DNA from: Parvibaculaceae bacterium
Lineage (GTDB): Bacteria > Pseudomonadota > Alphaproteobacteria > Parvibaculales > Parvibaculaceae
Direction: 5' to 3'
DNA: 64,000 nucleotides
Assembly (NCBI GenBank): GCA_965276845.1
Contig: OZ255699.1
Span: 94,687-158,686, forward strand
Under the pieces are notes generated by a model, which did not search any database, was not told where the DNA came from, and worked only from the letters and a program-made list of their open reading frames with translations. Positions 19,436-29,040 of this stretch are shown one piece after another. Both the position numbers and the translations under genes were made by a program. Position 1 is the first letter of the stretch, and each line of letters starts with the position of its first letter.

Positions 19436-20485
19436 TCAATTCGCTGCGGGAAACAGGAAGACACCCGCAGAGTCGATAGAAACGCGCACCGGCGTCCCTT
19501 CTGCAAATGCTGACGCGTCTGCCATGTGGACCCGAAGCGGCGGCGTCTCTGCTTCACTTGTGATGACGAGCACAAGCCAATGGCTTCCGCGGAAACGCGT
19601 ATCGAGAACATGAAGTTCGCTACCTTCTTGCGCCACCGCGAGAGCAATGCTGCTGGGGCGGATCACCAAATCTAGAACGTCACCCTCTGCGAGCCGTTTT
19701 TCAGATGAAGAAAGCGGATAACTGCCATAGTCGAATTGCGCTTCGCCACGAGACACCTTCGCCTGAAAGGTTTGAGAATCGCCAAAGAGAGACGCAACAA
19801 GCGCCGTCGCTGGCGCGTCATAGAGCTCGTGAGGTGCGCCGCATTGCAGCACACCGCCTTCGTCCATAACGGCAATCTTGTCCGCCATGTCCAGCGCCTC
19901 TTCCGGATCATGGGTCACCATGATGGTGATCGCCCCTGATTGTTTAAGCGCGAGGCGTGCATGCTCGCGCAGCTGTCGACGCCGGGTGACATCGATACTC
20001 GCAAAGGGTTCATCAAGCAGAATGACGGACGGCGCCGGTGCCAATGCGCGGGCTAGGGCGACACGCTGTTGCTGTCCCCCAGAGAGGGTGTGCGGGTACC
20101 GCTCTCCCAGACCCTCGAGACCCACATCGACAAGGGTTTGCTCAACAATCCTATCGCGGTCCGGGTTGGCCCGCGGCAGACCGAATGCGACATTCTCAGC
20201 GATCGTCAAATGGGGAAAGAGCGCATGGTCCTGAAAGACCATCCCGATCTTGCGGTCCTCTGCACGCACCTCCCGACCGGGTTGAGCGAGGGTCGTGCCA
20301 TTGAGAGCGATTTTGCCTGCCTGCAGGGTTTCAAGGCCCGCCGCGAGACGCAGCAGGGTCGTTTTCCCGCTGCCCGAGGCGCCCAGCAGACAGAGTATCT
20401 CGCCATCTCCGGCCGACAGGCTGATGTCAGAGAGCACTTTTTCGCTGCCATAGGCATGGGCGATATTGCTGAAATCCAAGGGCAT
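19436..20485 (-). CDS. fbpC: Fe(3+)/polyamine-type ABC transporter ATP-binding protein
   Basis: Walker A GASGSGKTT, signature LSGGQQQR, Walker B ILLDEP, plus a C-terminal TOBE-like regulatory domain. Confidence 0.8.
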   Translation of the reverse strand: MPLDFSNIAHAYGSEKVLSDISLSAGDGEILCLLGASGSGKTTLLRLAAGLETLQAGKIALNGTTLAQPGREVRAEDRKIGMVFQDHALFPHLTIAENVAFGLPRANPDRDRIVEQTLVDVGLEGLGERYPHTLSGGQQQRVALARALAPAPSVILLDEPFASIDVTRRRQLREHARLALKQSGAITIMVTHDPEEALDMADKIAVMDEGGVLQCGAPHELYDAPATALVASLFGDSQTFQAKVSRGEAQFDYGSYPLSSSEKRLAEGDVLDLVIRPSSIALAVAQEGSELHVLDTRFRGSHWLVLVITSEAETPPLRVHMADASAFAEGTPVRVSIDSAGVFLFPAAN

Positions 20486-20515
20486 GCGCGGCTTATTGGC
20501 TTCTGCGTTGGTTAA

Positions 20516-20547
20516 AATTGCAATTGAGGCGCAAAATTACTTTGCGC
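20516..20547. promoter_or_regulatory. Two adjacent inverted repeats in the fbpC/fbpB divergent promoter region (AATTGCAATT; GCGCAAA-N5-TTTGCGC)
   Basis: A perfect 10-nt palindrome lies at 20516-20525 and a 7-5-7 inverted repeat at 20529-20547. Both sit within a 91-nt intergenic region. Confidence 0.3.
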
Positions 20548-20576
20548 AAGCGAGCGCTATTTGTATCAAGTGTGGA

Positions 20577-22265
20577 ATGTCAGTCACCCAAAAAGATCAT
20601 GGCCTTTCAGGAATGCCCGCCGCCGCGCGCCCGAGCTTTGGACAGGTCTTAGGTTGGCCGGTTGCGACGGCCCTGGTCGCGCTTCTTGTGGCGGCCCCCA
20701 TATTGGCTGTGCTGTGGAGTCTCACCCAGACAAGCGGCGATGCCTGGGCGCATCTCAGCAGTACCGTCCTGCCTGGGTATGTCGGGAATACCCTTCTTCT
20801 GATGCTGCTTGTTGCCGTGATGACCATGTTGCTGGGCGTCGGAAGCGCTTGGCTCATTGTGTCTTTCGAGTTTCCTGGCCAAAGGGTGCTGAGCTGGGCG
20901 CTTGTCCTGCCACTCGCGATGCCGGGCTATATCATCGCCTACGTCTACACCGATCTTCTGGAGTTTGCCGGGCCAGTCCAGTCGGCATTGCGGAACCTGA
21001 CCGGTTGGAGCGCGGGCGAGTACTTTTTCCCGCCGATCCGCTCCCTTGGCGGTGCGGCTCTGATGCTGAGCCTTGTGCTTTATCCTTATGTCTATCTCCT
21101 CACCCGAACGGCCTTCCAGCGTCAGTCCGTCGCCTTGGTTGAAGCGACCCGCGTGTTAGGCGTATCGCCGGTGCAGGCCTTTTTGCGCGTGGCGCTGCCC
21201 TGTGCCCGTCCTGCGATTGCAGGGGGTGTGGCCTTGGCTCTCATGGAGACCATCGCCGACTACGGAGTGGCGGACTATTTTGGTGTCTCAACGCTCACAG
21301 CAGGCATCTTCCGTACTTGGCTCGGCATGGGTGAATCGGTTGCTGCTGCCCAGATCGCGGCAGTCCTCTTCCTCTTTGCGGGCGCACTTGTTCTCCTGGA
21401 GCGTCTAAACCGTCAGGGCACGGTGGCAAACCCGCTGGGACGCGATGTGGCGGCAGCGCGTATTGTGCTCCCGCCTCTTAAAGCCTTTATGGCTTTCCTC
21501 GCCTGCGTGCTGCCGGTGACCCTGGGCTTTCTGGTGCCTGCTTTTGTGCTGGTGCGCTACGCGGTCAATGTGGGCGATCCGCTTTTGGGGTCTCAGTTCC
21601 TTGCCTTCGCTGGAAACTCGCTCACGGTTGCAACGGCGGCTGCACTCATGGCCACCGGCATTGCCCTGTTCCTAGCCTATGCAGAACGGAGAGATGCATC
21701 GACAGCGAACCAATTGCTCATTCGCTTGGCAACCCTTGGTTATGCTCTGCCGGGAGCCATGATCGCCATCGGCATTCTGGCACTGGCCAGCACACTAGAT
21801 ACCAATCTCGCGATTTTCATGCGAGATGTGTTGGACATGGAACCGCGTCTATTGCTGACGGGAACGATCGCTGGCCTTCTCTTCGCCTATGTCGCACGGT
21901 TTCTGACGGCGGCTTTCAACAGTACCCAAGCGGGCCTCGAAAAAATTCATGGGACCCTGGACGATGCAGCACGCATGTTGGGCGCAGGGTCCGGCCGGGT
22001 GCTGACTGCCGTGCATCTGCCGTTATTGCGCGGACCCCTGCTTGCGGGTTTTTTGCTGGTCTTTATCGACGTAATGAAGGAACTGCCGGCAACACTCTTG
22101 CTGCGCCCGTTCAATTTCGAAACCCTGGCGACGCGCACCTATAGGCTGGCGTCCGACGAACGGTTAGCCGAAGCCTCCACTGCCGCTTTGCTGATCGTGG
22201 CCCTGGGTCTTATCCCCACCATCATGTTGAGCGTGTCGATTGCACGCTCAACATTCAGGCGATAA
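20577..22265 (+). CDS. fbpB: Fe(3+) ABC transporter permease (duplicated MalFG-type domains)
   Basis: About 560 aa with two tandem permease halves, typical of FbpB/AfuB. Start chosen at ATG 20577 (MSVTQKD...), because the ORF-track start 20466 would overlap the fbpC start. Confidence 0.8.
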   Translation: MSVTQKDHGLSGMPAAARPSFGQVLGWPVATALVALLVAAPILAVLWSLTQTSGDAWAHLSSTVLPGYVGNTLLLMLLVAVMTMLLGVGSAWLIVSFEFPGQRVLSWALVLPLAMPGYIIAYVYTDLLEFAGPVQSALRNLTGWSAGEYFFPPIRSLGGAALMLSLVLYPYVYLLTRTAFQRQSVALVEATRVLGVSPVQAFLRVALPCARPAIAGGVALALMETIADYGVADYFGVSTLTAGIFRTWLGMGESVAAAQIAAVLFLFAGALVLLERLNRQGTVANPLGRDVAAARIVLPPLKAFMAFLACVLPVTLGFLVPAFVLVRYAVNVGDPLLGSQFLAFAGNSLTVATAAALMATGIALFLAYAERRDASTANQLLIRLATLGYALPGAMIAIGILALASTLDTNLAIFMRDVLDMEPRLLLTGTIAGLLFAYVARFLTAAFNSTQAGLEKIHGTLDDAARMLGAGSGRVLTAVHLPLLRGPLLAGFLLVFIDVMKELPATLLLRPFNFETLATRTYRLASDERLAEASTAALLIVALGLIPTIMLSVSIARSTFRR

Positions 22266-22276
22266 GGACTGGCGAC

Positions 22277-23551
22277 CTAGTGGGTGACCAGGTCTGCTTT
22301 CAAATGTTTACCAGCTATGTAGTAGTGGAACGCCGCCCAGATATTGATGGCAGTGAAGATAACGAGGCTGTACCGCAGAGCGTCATCTCCGTAGCTCGGC
22401 TGCAGCAGGTCAGCGACAACACCGATAAGTGTTGGTCCCAGCCCGAGCCCAATAAGGTTGATGATAAACAAAAGAATGCCGGAGGCGACGGCACGCATTT
22501 TGAGCTCGACCAAACCCTGGGTCTGGCTGAACGTGGTGGCCTGATAAAAATTGCCCAAGAGGATAGGTATGATCATGGCGATGAAAGCTACCATTGCCGC
22601 TTCTGCCATGTAGGCATACATGCTGAAGGGCACGGAAACGACAAGAGCGACAGCCGTCGTCCACAGGTACCACCTCGTATCTTTTGCGCCGAACTTGTCA
22701 GCAAGGTAACCGCCCAGCGCAATCCCGATACCTCCAGGAATGCCCAGGATCAGGCCCCAGATCGTTCCGATCTCGCCTGTGCCCAAACCATGGGAGCGGA
22801 TCAAAAACGCGGGAACCCATGTGACGACGCCATACCCGACAAAGGCGGTTAGAGCCGCCGCGAAGGCAAGATGGCGGAAAGATGGTTTTTTCCAGAGATA
22901 GAACAGTGTCTCACGAATGGTAGGTTGATCGTCAGAGGCGACGCGGCCTTCTGCCATGCCGCGTTCGGGTTCGTGAATTGTGAACCGGACAAGAAAGGCC
23001 AGCAGAACGCCCGGTATGCCGACCACGAAGAAAGCCATCCGCCAGCCGTAAAGCTCATTGACCCATCCACCAACGAAAAGACCCACCATCAGCCCGATGG
23101 GAATACCCAGTGAATAAATGCCGAGTGCCGTTGCTCGCTGCTCGGCGGGGTAGAAGTCGGAGATCATCGAATGGGCAGGAGGGCTGCAGCCTGCTTCACC
23201 AACCCCCACGCCGATGCGGGCAATGAGGAGATGCCAGAAGTTAAGTGCGAGTCCGGATACTGCCGTCATCGCACTCCATATACCCACAGCCAACGCAATC
23301 AAATTTCGTCGATTGTTATTATCGGCATAGCGCGCGATCGGGATGCCTAGGGTTGCGTAAAACAGCGCAAAGGCAAGACCCGAAAGCAGACCCATCTGCG
23401 TATCATTGAGATCAAGCTCCAGCTTAATCGGCTCAATCAGGATAGACAGAATTTGACGGTCTACGAAGTTAACTGTGTAGACAACAACAAGTATCGCAAG
23501 TGCGTAATGCCGACCGTTGTGAAGGCGTCCTTGAACAGTGGTGTCCGCCAT
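22277..23551 (-). CDS. MFS transporter (spinster-like family)
   Basis: 424 aa with 12 predicted TM segments. N-terminal VNFVDRQILSILIEPIK and a DNNNRRN loop, typical of proteobacterial Spns-like MFS proteins. Confidence 0.8.
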   Translation of the reverse strand: MADTTVQGRLHNGRHYALAILVVVYTVNFVDRQILSILIEPIKLELDLNDTQMGLLSGLAFALFYATLGIPIARYADNNNRRNLIALAVGIWSAMTAVSGLALNFWHLLIARIGVGVGEAGCSPPAHSMISDFYPAEQRATALGIYSLGIPIGLMVGLFVGGWVNELYGWRMAFFVVGIPGVLLAFLVRFTIHEPERGMAEGRVASDDQPTIRETLFYLWKKPSFRHLAFAAALTAFVGYGVVTWVPAFLIRSHGLGTGEIGTIWGLILGIPGGIGIALGGYLADKFGAKDTRWYLWTTAVALVVSVPFSMYAYMAEAAMVAFIAMIIPILLGNFYQATTFSQTQGLVELKMRAVASGILLFIINLIGLGLGPTLIGVVADLLQPSYGDDALRYSLVIFTAINIWAAFHYYIAGKHLKADLVTH

Positions 23552-23647
23552 ATTTCTCCCCCCGAGAATATCTGTGTAAACACCCTAGCAAATTTGGGAG
23601 GTTAGGGAAGGCGCATCGCGTAATAGCTGACGAATGCTTTAGTGGCT

Positions 23648-23881
23648 TTAAGGTTTGCGACCGGTCACGACCACCTTACCAACGTGTATCTCCGCGCACT
23701 CGCCATTAGTCAGATAGGTCGCGGCGTCGTAGCTGAATATCCCCACTTCTTCTTTGGTTATAAGCTCCTCACTGAAGCCTGCTAAAGCGAGTGCAGCAAC
23801 AGCATCATCAATCGATTGAGCGTCATTGTCGCAAACATATATGGTCAATTGAGAAGTCATGCCCTGCTCCATCTCGCTCAT
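23648..23881 (-). CDS. Small acidic cytoplasmic protein, unknown function
   Basis: 77 aa with no signal peptide. Its start codon directly abuts the stop of the upstream lipoprotein gene (23882), implying translational coupling. Confidence 0.45.
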   Translation of the reverse strand: MSEMEQGMTSQLTIYVCDNDAQSIDDAVAALALAGFSEELITKEEVGIFSYDAATYLTNGECAEIHVGKVVVTGRKP

Positions 23882-24799
23882 TTATGGAATCGTCTGGCTT
23901 AGGCGGCGGACGATCTCCTGACTGCTTCCAACAACGCTTTCAAAGGTGGCGGCATCGTCGAGAGACATGAGGGTTCTCTTAGTTGAGGCAGAAACGTCGC
24001 TGCCGGACACAAGCTGGTCGCGTTTGGTCTCATCGAGCGCTCCATCGGGGGCGACAAAAACCATGATGCGAGAGAGAGAATCCAGATGTTCATTGTGCCG
24101 ATTGATTGCCTTCTCCGATAAGTTTGCCCGAATCGACTCCGCGGCAAGCATTTCAAATGCGCTGTTGACCGCCGGGTTCCCGGCAAGTTGCTCAGCCGCC
24201 AACCCGGTTGCAAAAAATTGGCGGACCTTGAGACCAGCATCGTTCAGCGTTGACGCATCTGTTTTTGTATCGATTGATGCGAAGACAGACGGATAGACAT
24301 CAACCAGCACATCATTCCCATCAATCGTGACGGTTTCCTGCCCCAGCGGCAGAACAGATACTTCCTTTCGCCCGAAGCCGAACAGGAAGCTTGTCGGTGT
24401 GGTGGCGCCGAAGGCGACTTTTACGCCCAGTGCCGTTGATGTCCCAAAAAAGGCGATGTCGCCACCCTCCCTCACTAAGAGTGGGATATCGTCAGGCACA
24501 TCTGTCGGATGGCCAGCTGCAATCTTGGCAGCGTTCCCGGTTGCATAGACTTGGCTAACTTCGGGATTGAATATGCCCCGGTCTGTTTCAATGTGGGCCA
24601 AGACTGGCGGCAACGCGCCGTTCTGGTACTTAGGCGTGTAATACCCCTCAACCCGATCATAGGCGATGCTTGCACTCCGAGTTGTACTGTCGAAATTCAA
24701 GCCGACACTGGAGCTGGTCACAAATGCCACCCGGTCGTTGGCACAGGCGGTCAACAATCCTCCAAGTATGGTTGCTGCAAGAACAGATTTCATCTTCAT
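23882..24799 (-). CDS. Lipoprotein, unknown function
   Basis: 305 aa with the lipobox signal MKMKSVLAATILGGLLTAC. The N-terminal half is beta-rich and the C-terminal third helical. ATGA overlap with the upstream small gene. Confidence 0.65.
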   Translation of the reverse strand: MKMKSVLAATILGGLLTACANDRVAFVTSSSVGLNFDSTTRSASIAYDRVEGYYTPKYQNGALPPVLAHIETDRGIFNPEVSQVYATGNAAKIAAGHPTDVPDDIPLLVREGGDIAFFGTSTALGVKVAFGATTPTSFLFGFGRKEVSVLPLGQETVTIDGNDVLVDVYPSVFASIDTKTDASTLNDAGLKVRQFFATGLAAEQLAGNPAVNSAFEMLAAESIRANLSEKAINRHNEHLDSLSRIMVFVAPDGALDETKRDQLVSGSDVSASTKRTLMSLDDAATFESVVGSSQEIVRRLSQTIP

Positions 24800-25149
24800 G
24801 GTGCCAGCGTCCTTGCTCCGTGTGCGGGAATGGGTGTGGTTGAAGTGGGCGTGCAGGGACCCATGGCAACGAGGTCCACGCAGCTATTGTTAGGCACGGT
24901 CATGAAGGTGGCATCGCCATAGCCAAGGATGACTCCGTTGGCTTCCGGATTGGCGAACGCATTCACGCCGAGCGTGCGGATGCGGACGGCTGTCGCTTGA
25001 GGACTTTTGCCTGTGTCTTCTGGCGGCAGGGCAACATCGACGAAGCCGATAATGTGACGAACACTGTTGTCATCTGTGTAGGAGACAGCGACGCAATTGC
25101 TAAGCGATAGGCAAACCAGTATTGCCAGCAGACTCCGAAAACGGGTCAT
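24796..25149 (-). CDS. Small exported protein / possible lipoprotein, unknown function
   Basis: Start chosen at MTRFRSLLAILVCLSLSNC (signal peptide with a Cys; Asn at -1 is atypical for a lipobox). The ORF-track start 25212 adds 21 non-signal residues. Confidence 0.5.
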   Translation of the reverse strand: MTRFRSLLAILVCLSLSNCVAVSYTDDNSVRHIIGFVDVALPPEDTGKSPQATAVRIRTLGVNAFANPEANGVILGYGDATFMTVPNNSCVDLVAMGPCTPTSTTPIPAHGARTLAP

Positions 25150-25292
25150 CCCAGATCTCTTCAATGAAGGGGTGTGCTTAAACACATCAATGATCGCCGC
25201 CCCAACGACCATAAAAGAACTAATGGTTTTAGTTTAATTTGTGGGGGCACCAGAGTCGAGTCGAAACAGGGGATGGGATCAAGGGCTGCCCC

Positions 25293-27644
25293 TTAAGCCG
25301 GCTGGAGGTGTTTCGGCGGCGCGATACGTTCCAGGAGTGCTGCGAGTGCCGGCAATCCAACGATGGCGCAAATCATGTTGGCGATGAACATGAAGGCGAG
25401 CAGCGCGCCCATGTCCGCCTGGAACTGGAGCGGCGAGAATATCCAGGTGCCGACGCCGCCGGCCAACATCAGGGATGCGTAGACGACGGCCATACCGGTG
25501 CTCAGAAGGGCCCCATGATACGCATCAGCTATGGCAAAGCCTTCCCGTTGGAAGATGCGTATCTGACTGTAGAGGTAGAACGCGTAGTCGACCCCGATAC
25601 CCGTCGCAAGCACCAATACGGGTAGCGTTGTCACCTTGAGGCCAATCCCGAACACGACCATAAAGACATAGCCGAGCGACGTCGCAAGCAGGAGCGGTAC
25701 GCAACAGCAGATGATGGCGCGCCAATCAACATAGGCGATCAACACCAGGATAATGATGGTGAGGAAGACATAGATGAGAAGCGGCGCTTCTGATTCTTCG
25801 ACAACCTGATTGGTCGCGGCAATCACACTGACCCCGCCAAGTCCGATCCGGGCATTCACACCCTCCAGCGGGTTTGCCTCCGAATAGGCGTTAATTTCCT
25901 CAATCACGCGATCGATGGTCTCCGCCTTATGATCGACCGTATAGATAAAGAGAGGCAGGATCGTGCAGGCGTCATTAAGAAGCCCCAGTGCGGGATCCAC
26001 TTGCGCTGTCGCAGAGATAAGCTGACGCTCTGTCGCCGGCAGATTGCGCCACTTCAAATTGCCAAGTGCTGAGATGGACGATGCATAGCGCGCGGTGGAT
26101 GCCAGCGATTCCACCTTCAAGACACCGTCTATAAACGAAAGGTCACGGGTCATTGCATCCAGGTACTTCATATAGCCCGGATTGATACACGCATCCTGGG
26201 GCGTCTCGAGCACAAGTACCAGAACGTCAGTCCCGACATCAAAGTTTGATGTAATGAAGGCCGTATCTTGGTTGTATTTGGAGTCCGGGCGTAACTCAGA
26301 GGCCGCTGGGGTGAGATCGCCGACATGTCTGTACTGCGCACCAATGGAAGACCCGACAAGCACAATGATCAGACCACCGGCAATCAGTGGCGCCGTTCTG
26401 GGCTTTGCAACACCGGCAATCCAGGTCATGACCCGCTCTCTGAAAACACGGGCCTTGATGAAAAGGCGCACCTGTTTTTCGTCCCGCCGAAAATAGGAAG
26501 CCAGAAGAGGCAGCATGATGAGATTGGTGATGATTTTGAGGCCGACCCCGATCGTCGCAATGATGGCAATGTCGCGCACAACGCCCACTGGGATCAGATA
26601 GAGCGTGATGAAGCCGACAAGGTCGGTGATGAGCGCCATGGAGCCTGGCACAAGCAGACGCCTGAACGTTTGCTTGGCGGCCTCCAACCCGTCAGAGCCT
26701 TTGGCAATCTGGGTTGCGATCAGGTTGACCTGCTGCATGCCATGGCTCACCCCGATCGCATAGACCAGGAAGGGGACGAGAATGGCCAAGGGATCAAGTC
26801 CCATGCCGATGAGATTGAGTACACCCAATTGCCAAACGACGGAGACGAGCGAACTGCCGATCGCAAGCGTCGTGAGGATAAATGATCGGACATAGGCGAA
26901 GACCGCGACACCCGTGATCACAAACGCCAGCAGAAAGAAACTTGTCGCGATCACGGCGCCTTCGGCAATGTCGCCGATGAATTTGGGGAAGCCGATAATC
27001 GCGACATCGCTCACATCATCACTGAAAGGGGCGCGGATCTTGGACTCAAGCAGACCCGCCACATCAAGAGCGGTTGATTGAGCACTCTCGATATCGCCCG
27101 AGGCGCCGCCAGGCGCTTTGATCTCAAAGGCAACCAGCACGGAGGTTTCGTCCTCCGAGACAATGGCGCCAATCCAATCGCCGGCAATCGTGCGCTCACG
27201 GATGTCGGCAATGTCCTGCTCTGTCAGATTGTCTGGTGTAATGGTGCCCGGAATGAGGTCTTCCATCTGGAAGCCGAATTCATCAATCGTGAGCGCCCGG
27301 GTTGTCGGATACCAGAGGGAATAGAGACGCGATCGATCAACGCCAGGAAGGTAGGAAATCTCTTCGGTGATCGTGTGGAGACGCCTCAGGATTTCCTTGT
27401 TCCAGATGGTGCCTTCCTTCGCCTTCAAGGCCACCAGAACAAGGTTTGCCCCCGGCATTTCCTGCTGATACTCGAAATAGGTCTGCAGATAGGGGTGTTC
27501 GGTGGGGACTTGCTTGAGAAACCCCGCCTCAAGTTTGAGACCCATTGCGAAGTACCCGGTGGCGAGCGTGAAGAGCGCCATGATGACGAGGATCGCGAAA
27601 CGGAACCGAAAAATAAACTCTTCGAACGCCTTTACCATCAACAT
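25293..27644 (-). CDS. RND superfamily (MMPL/HAE3-like) exporter, 12 TM with two large periplasmic loops
   Basis: 783 aa. The N-terminal GLKLEAGFLKQVPTEHPYLQTYFEYQQEMPGANLVLVAL resembles the ~780-aa 'RND family transporter' group found in lipid/hydrocarbon-related clusters. Two 5-6 TM bundles are visible. No MFP or OMF gene lies nearby. Confidence 0.8.
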   Translation of the reverse strand: MLMVKAFEEFIFRFRFAILVIMALFTLATGYFAMGLKLEAGFLKQVPTEHPYLQTYFEYQQEMPGANLVLVALKAKEGTIWNKEILRRLHTITEEISYLPGVDRSRLYSLWYPTTRALTIDEFGFQMEDLIPGTITPDNLTEQDIADIRERTIAGDWIGAIVSEDETSVLVAFEIKAPGGASGDIESAQSTALDVAGLLESKIRAPFSDDVSDVAIIGFPKFIGDIAEGAVIATSFFLLAFVITGVAVFAYVRSFILTTLAIGSSLVSVVWQLGVLNLIGMGLDPLAILVPFLVYAIGVSHGMQQVNLIATQIAKGSDGLEAAKQTFRRLLVPGSMALITDLVGFITLYLIPVGVVRDIAIIATIGVGLKIITNLIMLPLLASYFRRDEKQVRLFIKARVFRERVMTWIAGVAKPRTAPLIAGGLIIVLVGSSIGAQYRHVGDLTPAASELRPDSKYNQDTAFITSNFDVGTDVLVLVLETPQDACINPGYMKYLDAMTRDLSFIDGVLKVESLASTARYASSISALGNLKWRNLPATERQLISATAQVDPALGLLNDACTILPLFIYTVDHKAETIDRVIEEINAYSEANPLEGVNARIGLGGVSVIAATNQVVEESEAPLLIYVFLTIIILVLIAYVDWRAIICCCVPLLLATSLGYVFMVVFGIGLKVTTLPVLVLATGIGVDYAFYLYSQIRIFQREGFAIADAYHGALLSTGMAVVYASLMLAGGVGTWIFSPLQFQADMGALLAFMFIANMICAIVGLPALAALLERIAPPKHLQPA

Positions 27645-27875
27645 CCCCCACCATCGGCTTCCCCAAACAGCCGGTCATCCCCACCACCTGTCAGGGCGGA
27701 TCAATTTGGGGAGGATGACAGTTACCAAGGCGGCCAGCAAGAGGCAGCAGGCGGCCAGCCGTGAGATTTAATTTGATCATTCCCAATTGCCTTGGGGTGG
27801 TCATCTGTGAACAATCGGCGTCTTAATGGCCGATGCTGGTTCGAAGCGCAGGTCAGAGTCTCAGGGGGACCGGTC

Positions 27876-28346
27876 ATGCTCAAGGGTTTTAGGGAACGGG
27901 CACTGAAAGCAATTCGTGCTGGAAAGCACGAACAGGTGGAGCAACAGGAATTTGATCGCACCACCATCGCAGCAGCCACGCTGATGGTTGAGCTTGCGCG
28001 GCTTGACACCGACTTCGATGAAGCTGAACGCAAGCGGATCATTGACATCATCCGCACCCGATTTGAGTTGGAGCATGACCAGGTTGAAGAACTCCTGAGT
28101 GTGGCGCAGGACCGTCACGAAGAGTCTTATGCAAACTGGATCTTCACGAAAACCATCAAAGAAAACTTCGATCTGGAGGAAAGAAGTCAGATCATGACCC
28201 ACCTCTGGGAGATAGCTCTCGCAGATGGCGAACTGCATGATCTCGAGGCGGATTTGCTGTTGCGCATCGGTCAGGCCATTGATCTGCCGGAGAACGAACG
28301 CATCAAGTCGCTTCTGCGCATCACCGCGCGATTGAAGGCGAGCTAA
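27876..28346 (+). CDS. TerB-family (tellurite-resistance TerB-like) protein
   Basis: 156 aa from ATG 27876. The repeated helical pattern with D/E-rich DxxExxR segments (TDFDEAERKRI, ADGELHDLEADLL) is typical of the TerB fold. Confidence 0.7.
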   Translation: MLKGFRERALKAIRAGKHEQVEQQEFDRTTIAAATLMVELARLDTDFDEAERKRIIDIIRTRFELEHDQVEELLSVAQDRHEESYANWIFTKTIKENFDLEERSQIMTHLWEIALADGELHDLEADLLLRIGQAIDLPENERIKSLLRITARLKAS

Positions 28347-28969
28347 GCGGAGCGGGCATCTGTCGGGAGCAACCCCGCCAGGACAGGGTCCAACAGATCT
28401 TCGGATGATCCCCAATCGTAATAGCTCTTGGTGACTTTGTTGTGAGCAATGCCGTCAAGCGCGCAGATGAGCGCGTTGAGCTGAGTTGGGTCGCTTGCAC
28501 CGGCTTTGCGCTTGGCGGCTGCATCCAAGAGCTCTGAAAAAACGGCATAGCGTTCGACGATGGTGCTGTCGTCCAGGAACACACCTACGTCTGACTGCAA
28601 CACGCTGTCGGCCATGAACACCAGGTTATAGCGATCATCATGGGTCTCCCAATAATCCACATAGAAGAGACAGGCCGCCCTGAGCCGTTCCTTCGCTGAC
28701 CGCTTTGACTGGGCGATCTCATCGATCTGATCGAAAAGCTCGACAAAAAACGTGGCCCAGATGTGCTGCAGAATATCCCGCTTGGCGGCGAAATAGGCAT
28801 AGAGCGTTCTTGGCGTAACGCCGGCTGCCTCGGCCAGGCGCCGCATTGAAATCGCCTCCACGCCTTCCTTTTGAAACAGGTCACCGGCAATAGCGGCGAT
28901 ACGCCCTCTTTCCTTATCAATCTCCGCCGGGGTCTTCGACGGGCGACCCCGCGTTCTTTTTTCAGGCAC
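28343..28969 (-). CDS. TetR/AcrR family transcriptional regulator
   Basis: N-terminal HTH region (IAAIAGDLFQKEGVEAISMRRLAEAAGVTPRTLYAYF). GTG start. Convergent 4-nt overlap with the TerB-like gene. Confidence 0.85.
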   Translation of the reverse strand: MPEKRTRGRPSKTPAEIDKERGRIAAIAGDLFQKEGVEAISMRRLAEAAGVTPRTLYAYFAAKRDILQHIWATFFVELFDQIDEIAQSKRSAKERLRAACLFYVDYWETHDDRYNLVFMADSVLQSDVGVFLDDSTIVERYAVFSELLDAAAKRKAGASDPTQLNALICALDGIAHNKVTKSYYDWGSSEDLLDPVLAGLLPTDARSA

Positions 28970-28975
28970 GCCTAC

Positions 28976-28997
28976 CTCTTGAAATGCTGAACAAGAG
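28976..28997. promoter_or_regulatory. Inverted repeat CTCTTG-N10-CAAGAG in the TetR / membrane-protein divergent region (candidate operator)
   Basis: Read directly from the 71-nt intergenic region. A second near-palindrome, TAACGCGTGTTA, follows. Confidence 0.3.
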
Positions 28998-29040
28998 AAA
29001 TAAGTATAACGCGTGTTAAATAAATAGGAAAGGCAAAGCC

